A DNA stretch of 36,636 nt from Phycisphaerales bacterium (GTDB taxonomy: Bacteria; Planctomycetota; Phycisphaerae; Phycisphaerales; SM1A02). Made by a program: the position numbers and the translations under genes. The stretch spans positions 1-36,636 of the forward strand of contig JAGQOG010000091.1 of NCBI GenBank assembly GCA_020427695.1, read 5' to 3'. Under the pieces are notes generated by a model. That model worked only from the letters and a program-made list of their open reading frames with translations. It was not told the DNA's origin and ran no database searches. Shown piece after piece: positions 8,064 through 15,334 of the stretch (the first letter of the stretch is position 1; each line of letters opens with the position of its first letter).

Positions 8064-9605
8064 TCATTGCGCCAGCACCGGCGATGCGGGCAATGGCCGG
8101 AGCGTCGCTTGGACGGAGTGGTACTCGCCCCGCCTGCGAAAGCGCACCTCCACCTGGTCGCCGATCCGCCGGGCGGCCACCGCCGCAGTCAACTCGGCCG
8201 CGGATGGCGTGGTGCGGTCGCCGACAGCGACGATCACGTCCCCCCGACGGATGCCCGCCAAGGCCGCGGCGGAACCGCGCATCACCTGCGTCACGCGGGC
8301 CCCATCGTTCTCGTCCTCGACGGCGATGCCCAACGAGGCGTCCCCCGTCGAGACCTCCCGATCGACGCGGGCGCTGCTGGCCACCCATGCCCGCCACGCC
8401 CGTTCGATCTCGCCGATCGGCTTGCCGAAGGTGGTCTCGAACGCCTCGGTGCCGCTCGGACTTCGCTCGAAGGAGGCCACGTAGTTGCGATACCAATCGG
8501 CGAGCACGCCCCGGGCGGCCAGGAACTCGAACACGGAACGGACCTCCGGATACAGCGCCTGGGCCCGCTCCATGAAACGCTCCGCCGGCAGCCGGAACAG
8601 TTCCTCCCACTTCATGGCGCGGCCGCCGCGCACCAGGGTTCGGATGACGTTGTGTCGTTCGTTGGGGAGGAACTCGAAGGTGCCGTTGGGACCGGGTCGG
8701 TACTCCTCGTAGAGGCTGGCCAATCCCTCCTGGATCCACAGCGGATGCGACTGACCAAGCCGCTCCATGTGACCGTAGTGCATCACGTGGGCGAACTCAT
8801 GGCGCAAGGAGGCACCGGTGTCGGTGGAAACCAGGCGGCGGAAACGATGCTCGTAGATGCCCGCCACGTTCGGGCTGTCGAAGGTCGCATCTCGCTGGCC
8901 GAGCTCGCGGAAGAACGCTTGCGCATCCTTGGTCGTGGGCACGACGATGAGCACGAAGTAGTCCGGCGGGCCGCCGAAAAGGGAACGGGCCATCTCGTCG
9001 GACTGGCGCTCGAGCATGGCGAGGGTGGCCGCATGCGACGTTTCGTCCAGTGCGGTGGCGAACAGCAGACGGTGCTTCTCATCCGTCTCGTAGCGGTAGC
9101 CCTTCTCGCCGAAGGTTCGCTTCCACTCCTGAAGCTGAGCCGTCGCCGAGTCCTGATCGACGCGACGCTTGGCCTCGAGGATCGCCCGGTAGGTGTCGTG
9201 TTCGTGCAGGGACTCCAGATCGGGATCCCGCTGCATGTGGGCGAAGTCGCGGAACCCGTTCCGAACCGCGTCCATGAGGGCGGCGGCCGCATCGTCGGTG
9301 CGCCCCATCAAGGCCAAGGCACATGCCCGGTTGTAGTGGAGATAGCTGTCGCGAGGGTCGGCCTTGAGCGCCCGATCGACGAGACGCAGCGCCTCGTTGT
9401 AGTCCCGGCGTCCAAACGCCTCGACGATCTGGGCCTCGCTGGGAATCGGCTCCCGGGGGCTGGACTGGCTTGTCGTGCCGAAGGGCGCGGAAGGGGTCTG
9501 TCCGAGTACGGGCAGCGGAGCGACAGCCATCCAAGCGCCAAAGGCAAGGGCACTCAGGATCGCCCGCGCAGGGCGACGCCGCCGAGGATGAGGTCCCGCT
9601 GACAT
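8064..9605 (-). CDS. Secreted TPR / putative zinc metallopeptidase (HExxH, DUF1570-like) / PDZ domain protein
   Basis: 513 aa. Arg-rich signal-like N-terminus (RRRRPARAILSALAFGAWMAVAP). TPR-like YNEALRLVDRALKADPRDSYLHYNRACALALMG. HEFAH followed by WIQEGLASLYEEY. C-terminal PDZ-like GIAVEDENDGARVTQVMRGSAAALAGIRRGDVIVAVGD. Confidence 0.65.
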   Translation of the reverse strand: MSAGPHPRRRRPARAILSALAFGAWMAVAPLPVLGQTPSAPFGTTSQSSPREPIPSEAQIVEAFGRRDYNEALRLVDRALKADPRDSYLHYNRACALALMGRTDDAAAALMDAVRNGFRDFAHMQRDPDLESLHEHDTYRAILEAKRRVDQDSATAQLQEWKRTFGEKGYRYETDEKHRLLFATALDETSHAATLAMLERQSDEMARSLFGGPPDYFVLIVVPTTKDAQAFFRELGQRDATFDSPNVAGIYEHRFRRLVSTDTGASLRHEFAHVMHYGHMERLGQSHPLWIQEGLASLYEEYRPGPNGTFEFLPNERHNVIRTLVRGGRAMKWEELFRLPAERFMERAQALYPEVRSVFEFLAARGVLADWYRNYVASFERSPSGTEAFETTFGKPIGEIERAWRAWVASSARVDREVSTGDASLGIAVEDENDGARVTQVMRGSAAALAGIRRGDVIVAVGDRTTPSAAELTAAVAARRIGDQVEVRFRRRGEYHSVQATLRPLPASPVLAQ

Positions 9606-9612
9606 GCCGGCA

Positions 9613-9618
9613 ATGGTA
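9613..9618 (-). promoter_or_regulatory. -10-like hexamer TACCAT, 7 nt upstream of the peptidase ATG
   Basis: The minus strand reads CTACCAT TGCCGGC ATG, with no SD-like run. Confidence 0.3.
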
Positions 9619-9677
9619 GGGAGCAGGCTGGACAGGCCGGCACGATCGCAGTCACCTCCGAGCCGTCGCCACGCCCC

Positions 9678-10337
9678 TCATCCCGGGGGGAACGCCGCTT
9701 GGACGACCACCGCACCGCCTTCGATCCTGAGACGTCCCTCGGCCTGCCACTGGATCGCCTGGGGATAGGTTGTGCATTCCACTGCGAAGACCCGTGCCGC
9801 CAGCGTGGCAACATCGTCGTCCGGCCGCACGGGGCAGGTGCGCTGGAGGATGATCGGACCGTGGTCGTAGATCGGATCCACGAAGTGCACGGTGCATCCA
9901 CTGACGGTCCGACCCGCGGCCAGCACAGCGGCGTGAACGCGGTCGCCGTACATGCCCTGGCCGCCAAAGTCGGGAAGCAGCGCCGGATGAATGTTCATCA
10001 CCCTGCCCGACCAGTCGAGTCCGGATGGCGCAGCGACCCGGAACCGCCGCAGGTACCCGCAGAGGACAACAAGTTCCGCCCTCGACGCGATCAGCACGGC
10101 GTCGAGGCGATTGTGGAGGGCTGGCTCCTCCGGGTAGTCGTGCCGCCACACGACCTCGACCGGCAATCCACGCGCCTTCGCCCGTTGGATGCCTGGACAG
10201 TCGGGCCGGGACGCGATCGTGGTGACGATCTCGGCGGCCAGCGAGCCTTCCTCGATCCGGTCCTGGAGGTTCACCAGCGTGCGTCCGCCACCCGAGAACA
10301 GCGCCGCAACGCGGAGAGGACGGATCGGAGGAGACAT
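9678..10337 (-). CDS. purN: Phosphoribosylglycinamide formyltransferase
   Basis: 219 aa. RVAALFSGGGRTLVNL, LVVLCGYLRRF, NIHPALLPDFGG and GCTVHFVDPIYDHGPII are the PurN/formyltransferase motifs. The start is set at ATG 10337 (MSPPIRPLRV...). The long upstream ORF extension runs through gpsA in another frame and is rejected. Confidence 0.92.
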   Translation of the reverse strand: MSPPIRPLRVAALFSGGGRTLVNLQDRIEEGSLAAEIVTTIASRPDCPGIQRAKARGLPVEVVWRHDYPEEPALHNRLDAVLIASRAELVVLCGYLRRFRVAAPSGLDWSGRVMNIHPALLPDFGGQGMYGDRVHAAVLAAGRTVSGCTVHFVDPIYDHGPIILQRTCPVRPDDDVATLAARVFAVECTTYPQAIQWQAEGRLRIEGGAVVVQAAFPPG

Positions 10338-10440
10338 GAGCGTCAGAAGGTAACCGGTGTGCGCCGGCTTCGCCGGCTGGCGATCCGGCTGCGCCGGCAT
10401 CGATGAGGACGGCGGGCAGTGGCCTGCCACTCCTGACGTC

Positions 10441-10536
10441 TCGGTGCCTCGGTGCCTCGGTCCCTTGGTGCCTCGGTGCCTCGATGCCTCGATGCCTCGA
10501 TGCCTTGATGCCTTGATGCCTTGATGCCTTGATGCC
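10441..10536. repeat. Tandem array of twelve 8-nt units (TCGGTGCC / TCGATGCC / TTGATGCC). On the minus strand it reads (GGCATCAA)4(GGCATCGA)3(GGCACCGA-like)5.
   Basis: Read directly from the sequence. The units are perfectly head-to-tail and grouped in blocks that differ by single transitions. The array starts 13 nt after the gpsA stop codon (minus strand) and ends 103 nt upstream of the purN ATG. Confidence 0.95.
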
Positions 10537-10549
10537 CGACGGTCTGACC

Positions 10550-11575
10550 CTACTCCGCCTTCAACTCCCGCCCCATCAGTTCCGCAATCGCCCGCGCTGG
10601 GGCAAGGCCGTTGAACAGGATTTCGTACACCGCCGCCGTGATCGGCATGTCGAGTCCGAGCTTGCGGCTGAGCTCCATGACCGATCGTGTGGTCGGTACC
10701 CCTTCGACCACCGACTGGCTGCTGGCGAGAATCTGTTCCAGCGTCTCGCCGCGACCGAGGCGCTCGCCGCAGGTTCGGTTTCGGCCCTCGGGACTGAAGC
10801 ACGTCGTCGCCAGATCGCCCACGCCCGCGACGCCGAAGAACGTCTCGGACCTGGCCCCGAGCGCCGTCCCGAGTCGCGCGATCTCGACGAGCCCGCGTGC
10901 GAGCAAGGCACTGGTTGCGTTGAATCCCAGCTCGAGTCCTTCCGCCATGCCGGCGGCGAGCGCGATCACGTTCTTGACCGCGCCCGCCAACTCGACACCG
11001 ACGACATCGGTGTTGGTGTAGATCCGCAGGTAGCGGCAACTGAACGTGGCCTGGATCCGTCGGGCAAGCTCGCCGTCGGCCGCCGCGGCGACCATGGCTG
11101 CAGGCAGGTGCCGGGCGATCTCGGCAGCGATGGTCGGACCCGAGAGGGCGGCCACGCGCGACAAGGCGTCGCCCGAACCGCCGGACGCGGGCCCATGCTC
11201 CATGAGCTCGGCGAGCACCTGGGTGGGTCGGAGCATGGTCGTGTTCTCCACCCCCTTGGCGACGCTCACGACGGCGGCGTCGGCGGGAACCGAGGCGCCG
11301 AGGCGCGTCCACACGGGGCGGATGTACTGCGTTGGGATGGCATTGACGACCAGGCTCGCCCCGCGCAGGGCAGCGGTGTGGTCGGCCAGCACATCGACCG
11401 AGGGGTCGAGCTGGAACGCGGGCAGCCGGCGGGATCGACGGGTCGCGGCGAGCTCGGCCACGTGGTCGGGAAACGGTCCCCAGAGGCGGACGGGAAGGCC
11501 CTTCTCCGCCAGCACCGCCGCCAAGACCAGGCCCATCTGCCCGTCGCCCACGATTGCCGTCACTTGTCCACTCAC
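10550..11575 (-). CDS. gpsA: NAD(P)H-dependent glycerol-3-phosphate dehydrogenase
   Basis: Rossmann N-terminus VTAIVGDGQMGLVLAAVLAEKG. GpsA blocks NAIPTQYIRPVW, VSVAKGVE, LSGPTIAAEIA, NTDVVGVELAGAVKNVIALAAGM and CFSPEGRNRTCGERLGRGETLEQI. The start is set at GTG 11575, with GGAGG 8 nt upstream. The upstream ORF extension is rejected. Confidence 0.9.
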   Translation of the reverse strand: MSGQVTAIVGDGQMGLVLAAVLAEKGLPVRLWGPFPDHVAELAATRRSRRLPAFQLDPSVDVLADHTAALRGASLVVNAIPTQYIRPVWTRLGASVPADAAVVSVAKGVENTTMLRPTQVLAELMEHGPASGGSGDALSRVAALSGPTIAAEIARHLPAAMVAAAADGELARRIQATFSCRYLRIYTNTDVVGVELAGAVKNVIALAAGMAEGLELGFNATSALLARGLVEIARLGTALGARSETFFGVAGVGDLATTCFSPEGRNRTCGERLGRGETLEQILASSQSVVEGVPTTRSVMELSRKLGLDMPITAAVYEILFNGLAPARAIAELMGRELKAE

Positions 11576-11616
11576 GCGTCGGCCTCCGAAGCCCGGACCA
11601 GCGGCCACTATAGCTC

Positions 11617-11683
11617 GCGGTCCCTCCCCAACTTGGACACGCACAGACACGCGGTCCCTCCCAACTTGGACACGCACGGACAC
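11617..11683. repeat. Two tandem copies of a 33/34-bp direct repeat (GCGGTCCCTCC(C)CAACTTGGACACGCAC(A/G)GACAC)
   Basis: Copy 1 is 11617-11650 and copy 2 is 11651-11683. They differ by one 1-nt indel and one A/G substitution. The repeat lies in the divergent gpsA / P-type ATPase intergenic region. Confidence 0.9.
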
Positions 11684-11853
11684 GCATGCCCGCTGCCCCT
11701 CGACCCGAACGCCACCCTCAAATCGACTCCGTCTGGGCCTCGGCGAACCCCTTGGGGCCCAACGACGTAGGGACGCGGTGCCGCATCGACCGCCGCCGTC
11801 GAAGGTCGGGGGCGGTACACTGCACCCCCTCCCCTCCCGTGCCGGAGCCACGC

Positions 11854-13884
11854 ATGTCGGAACTCACGCTTGCCGGTGCCGCTGATCAGGACCAGAAGAT
11901 CCGCGAGGCCGGTTCCCACGGTGCCGAGACGTTGGAGCGACAACTCTTCGTCGCCCTCCTCGGCGGCGTCCTGCTCCTGGCCTCCTGGCTGGGTTCGATG
12001 ATCGGCCTCACCGAGCAGGTGGCCCAGATTCCGGCAATCATCGGGTCCTTCATCCTCGTGGTCCCACTGCTTCGTGGTGCCCTTCGCGAGGTGGTGGCGG
12101 GCCAACCCTCGAGCGACTCCTTGGCATCGCTCGCCGTGCTGGCGGCGATGGCGGTCAACAACTTCCCGGCGGCGGGGTTCCTCTCCTTCTTCCTGTGGCT
12201 GGCGAAGCTCATCCTTTCGCGGACGGCGTGGGGGGCGCAGCGGGCCATCCGCGACCTGATCGAGCTCACGCCCGACATCGCCCGCGTCGTGGAGGCCGAC
12301 GGCACCGAGCGGGAGGTCGGCGTGGCCGCGGTCCGACCGGGCATGATCGTTCGCGTGCGGCCGGGCGAGAACCTCCCGGCGGACGGCCGGGTCCGCACCG
12401 GCACCAGCAACATCAACCAGGCCTCGCTCACCGGAGAAGCCGTGCCGATCGAGGCGATTCCCGGCACCGACGTGTACGCGGGCACCACCAACCTGACCGG
12501 ACAGATCGATGTCGAGGTCACCGCCGTCGCGGCCGAATCCACCATCGGCAAGGTCGAGTCCCTGATCCGCGAGGCCGAATCGGCCAAGAGCGAGAAGCAG
12601 GAGCTGATCGAGCAACTCGCCACCTACTACGTCCCCGTCGTGTTGATGGTGGCCGGGCTGGTGTGGTTCTTCACCTCGAAGAACGCCGATCCCGCCGTGC
12701 GAAACGAGGCCACGGCCCGGGCCATCACCGTGCTCGTCGTGACGTGCCCCGGCGCCCTTCTCATCGCGCATCCGACGGCCATGGTGGCGGCGTTCGCGGC
12801 AGCCGCCCGCCTCGGCATCATGATCAAGCAGACCCGCACGCTCGAAGCGGCGGCGAACGTCGAGACGGTCGTCCTTGACAAGACCGGCACGCTGACGACG
12901 GGCAAGTTCGCAGTGAGTCGTCTCGCCCCGGCCGAGGGGATCGAAGGCGCGGCGCTGCTGCAGGCGGCCGCCACCGGCGAGCAGTCGTCGAACCACCCGT
13001 TGGCCCGCTCGATCCTCGACACCGCGGAACGGGCCCGCATCCAGCCCGAGCCGATCGATGGCTACCAGGAAGTGCACGGTCGCGGCGTCATCGCCCGCGC
13101 AGCGCAGGGACCGATTCGCGTCGGTCGCGCCAGTTGGCTCGTGGAGGAGCATCCGGCGATCGCGCCCCAGGTTCAGGCGGTGGAGTCGCGAATCGAAGGG
13201 ATGTCGGGCGTCCACGTGATGCAGGGCGACACCTACCTCGGCGCCGTCGGTCTCGAGGACAAGCTGCGGCGCAACGCGGCCGAGGTCGTCGGTCGGCTGC
13301 GCGAGCTTGGCATTCGCCGGGTGTGCATCTTCACCGGCGATCGCCTCTCCGTGGCGAAGCGGGTGGGCCAGATGGTCGGCGTCGATTCGATCGAGGCGGA
13401 GTGCCTGCCGGAGGAGAAGCACGAGGAGTTGAAGTACCTGATCAGCCGCGGTCACCACACGCTGGTCGTCGGCGACGGGATCAACGACGGTCCGATCCTC
13501 GCCACCGCCGACGTGGGCGTGGCAATGGGCCTGTCGGGTTCCGACATCGCGACGAACTCCGCCGGCGTGGCGCTTATGAACGACGACCTGCGCCACATCC
13601 CCTTCCTCGTCGAGATCGCTCGCCGAACCAAGTCGATCATCGGACAGAACATCGCCGCGAGCCTGGTGCTGGCGATCGTCGGCCTGGCCTTGGCCGCCAC
13701 GGGCAAGATCAGCTTGTGGATCGCGCCGTTCCTGTACGCGTTCGGCTACGTGATCGTCATTGCCAACAGCCTGCGTCTCGTGCGCTTCGGCGAGGACTTC
13801 GCCGAGTCGGAGGAGGCCCGCCGCCGGTTGGAAGCCGAGCGCCCGCTGAAGCCGACACGCGGAACGGTCGCCGCGACCGCCTAG
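11854..13884 (+). CDS. P-type (P1B-like, heavy-metal type) cation-translocating ATPase, substrate unassigned
   Basis: 676 aa. DKTGTLT phosphorylation motif, LTGEAVP, SNHPLA, TGDR, VGDGINDGP and the terminal ANSLRL. The profile suggests eight TMs. The TM motif is TCPGALLIAHPTA rather than CPC/CPH/SPC, and there is no CxxC or His-rich N-terminal metal-binding domain. The start is set at ATG 11854 (MSELTLAG), with GGAG 7 nt upstream. Confidence 0.9.
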   Translation: MSELTLAGAADQDQKIREAGSHGAETLERQLFVALLGGVLLLASWLGSMIGLTEQVAQIPAIIGSFILVVPLLRGALREVVAGQPSSDSLASLAVLAAMAVNNFPAAGFLSFFLWLAKLILSRTAWGAQRAIRDLIELTPDIARVVEADGTEREVGVAAVRPGMIVRVRPGENLPADGRVRTGTSNINQASLTGEAVPIEAIPGTDVYAGTTNLTGQIDVEVTAVAAESTIGKVESLIREAESAKSEKQELIEQLATYYVPVVLMVAGLVWFFTSKNADPAVRNEATARAITVLVVTCPGALLIAHPTAMVAAFAAAARLGIMIKQTRTLEAAANVETVVLDKTGTLTTGKFAVSRLAPAEGIEGAALLQAAATGEQSSNHPLARSILDTAERARIQPEPIDGYQEVHGRGVIARAAQGPIRVGRASWLVEEHPAIAPQVQAVESRIEGMSGVHVMQGDTYLGAVGLEDKLRRNAAEVVGRLRELGIRRVCIFTGDRLSVAKRVGQMVGVDSIEAECLPEEKHEELKYLISRGHHTLVVGDGINDGPILATADVGVAMGLSGSDIATNSAGVALMNDDLRHIPFLVEIARRTKSIIGQNIAASLVLAIVGLALAATGKISLWIAPFLYAFGYVIVIANSLRLVRFGEDFAESEEARRRLEAERPLKPTRGTVAATA

Positions 13885-13911
13885 TGGAATGCCGCCAGCC
13901 CGCGACCGGGA

Positions 13912-15144
13912 TCAGGCGTCGGACGTCTCGCCCTTGCTCGTCCGCGCAGGCAGCTCGTACCGCAGTCCGATCGTCGAGAGCAGGGGCGGATACTTGTACA
14001 CCACCCGCAGACAGTGGAAGTCGGCGAGGTCCCAGCCGACGTTTCCCATCGCCGAGGCAATGACCCGGTCGTACTGCTCCACGAGCGGCGTCGCGACGGC
14101 TGGATGACGGCCAAGATCGTGAACCTTGGCGGCGATGGGCAGTCGCTGCGACGGGTCCGAGCGCGAGATATGCTCGGGAAGCCGGTTGAAGTGCAGAACC
14201 TTGGGGTTGAGCGCCTCGGCCAACGTGTGGTGAACAAAGAGGTCATAGAGCAGCGTCTCGGTGGGGAGGCTGATCCCGACCTCGAATTGCCCGTACGTGT
14301 CGCCAGGACCGGCGAAGCGCGGGACCGCGCTGCGACGCACGTGACCGCCGTACCAACCGAACTCGCCGGTGCGGCCAACCGGGCCGTCCCCCAACTCGTA
14401 GCGCACGCCGTAGGGCATCTCCCGACGAGTCAGCGCCGGCATCGTCTCGGTGCAGAACGGCCGCAGGATCCAGCCGCCATCGTCGCTCGCATCGCCCCAT
14501 GGCTGATACAAGGGTTGATCGAGGTTCGCCGTGCGATCGTCGCGAAGGTGATGGACGTCGAGGATCGGCCACGACGCAATCGGACGAAGCCGACGCACGC
14601 GGGTACATCCCGCCAGCATCCCGAGGTCGAGTCGGTCGGCGTTCGAGGCCGCGGGCGCGACAAAGTCCGCGGAGACGCGAACCTGGCACTGGATCCCCCA
14701 GATCCCGCTGTTGCCGCGGAACGCCTGCCGACGGCCAACCTCGAGCGCCCGCTCGTCGCGGCTCAGGCTGTCGAGGATCAGGCGCATCGTGTCCCGATCG
14801 CCGGTGTGGATCTCGATGACCCTTTCGTACTCGTCCGATGCGTTCCGGGCCTGGGCCAAAAGATCGGCGGGCGCCCCGCCGCGCCGCATCGCGTCGAGGA
14901 GGATGCCCACGCCGCTCGCGCCGGGAAGGGCGGCCGCCGCGGAGAAGGCGTCGTCTGACTGAAGGGCCTTGGACACCTTCCATGTGAGGCTCTTGTCGAG
15001 CTTGAAGCGCCGCGCGATCTCCTGGGGACGGGTCGGGTCGGCGTCCAGCGCTCGAAAGAGGCCCAAAAGGGTCGAGCGGAGGTTGCCGACGGCGGTCCGA
15101 CAGTCCTCGTCAAAACCCAAGGTGGCGGTGGTTGGTGGTGCCAT
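13912..15144 (-). CDS. Hypothetical protein (410 aa) with an N-terminal winged-helix-like segment
   Basis: Long ORF whose third codon positions are visibly GC-rich. The start is set at ATG 15144 (MAPPTTATLGFDED...), because the longer ORF would run through the divergent promoter region. PTRPQEIARRFKLDKSLTWKVSKAL resembles a helix-turn-helix. I do not recognise a family for the rest. Confidence 0.55.
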   Translation of the reverse strand: MAPPTTATLGFDEDCRTAVGNLRSTLLGLFRALDADPTRPQEIARRFKLDKSLTWKVSKALQSDDAFSAAAALPGASGVGILLDAMRRGGAPADLLAQARNASDEYERVIEIHTGDRDTMRLILDSLSRDERALEVGRRQAFRGNSGIWGIQCQVRVSADFVAPAASNADRLDLGMLAGCTRVRRLRPIASWPILDVHHLRDDRTANLDQPLYQPWGDASDDGGWILRPFCTETMPALTRREMPYGVRYELGDGPVGRTGEFGWYGGHVRRSAVPRFAGPGDTYGQFEVGISLPTETLLYDLFVHHTLAEALNPKVLHFNRLPEHISRSDPSQRLPIAAKVHDLGRHPAVATPLVEQYDRVIASAMGNVGWDLADFHCLRVVYKYPPLLSTIGLRYELPARTSKGETSDA

Positions 15145-15151
15145 GGGCCCG

Positions 15152-15157
15152 ATCGTA
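15152..15157 (-). promoter_or_regulatory. -10-like hexamer TACGAT, 7 nt upstream of the 410-aa protein ATG
   Basis: The minus strand reads AGC TACGAT CGGGCCC ATG. Confidence 0.3.
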
Positions 15158-15162
15158 GCTCC

Positions 15163-15237
15163 AGAAACCCGGCAAAGCAATGTCTGAAGATTTCTTTGAA
15201 GAAACCTCCAAAGGGTTCTCGACACGCCCGAGAAACC
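15163..15237. promoter_or_regulatory. Candidate operator region: three direct AGAAACC repeats plus a TTTCTT-TG-AAGAAA palindrome
   Basis: AGAAACC occurs at 15163-15169, 15200-15206 and 15231-15237 (spacing 37 and 31 nt). The palindrome is at 15191-15204. All lie in the locally AT-richer 190-bp divergent intergenic region. Confidence 0.35.
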
Positions 15238-15334
15238 GAGTAGCATGGCACCCGATACCCGTCGAGCGGCGGGTGCATCTCCCCGGCCAGGACGGCATCG
15301 ATCCCCCACTTCAGCAGCATTGGAGCGAGAACAC

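Noticed and set aside
10441-10536. Possibility that the octamer arrays (also 36469-36532) are CRISPR arrays or coding repeats (the ORF track translates them as GIKGSRDQ / HRGIEASR repeats)
   Set aside because: There are no spacers between units and the units are only 8 nt. A period of 8 is not a multiple of 3. The ORFs that read through them are out-of-frame extensions of purN and uvrA-overlapping frames.
9678-11687. Long 5' extensions of real genes in the ORF track: purN as 669 aa, gpsA as 433 aa, mrpD as 645 aa, hpf as 143 aa, paralog B as 969 aa, uvrB as 815 aa, the ATPase as 732 aa, the 410-aa protein as 492 aa and the HAF gene as 440 aa
   Set aside because: The extensions run through neighbouring genes or promoter regions and lack family-typical sequence. 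Internal starts coincide with conserved N-termini, SD-like runs, ATGA overlaps or -10-like hexamers.
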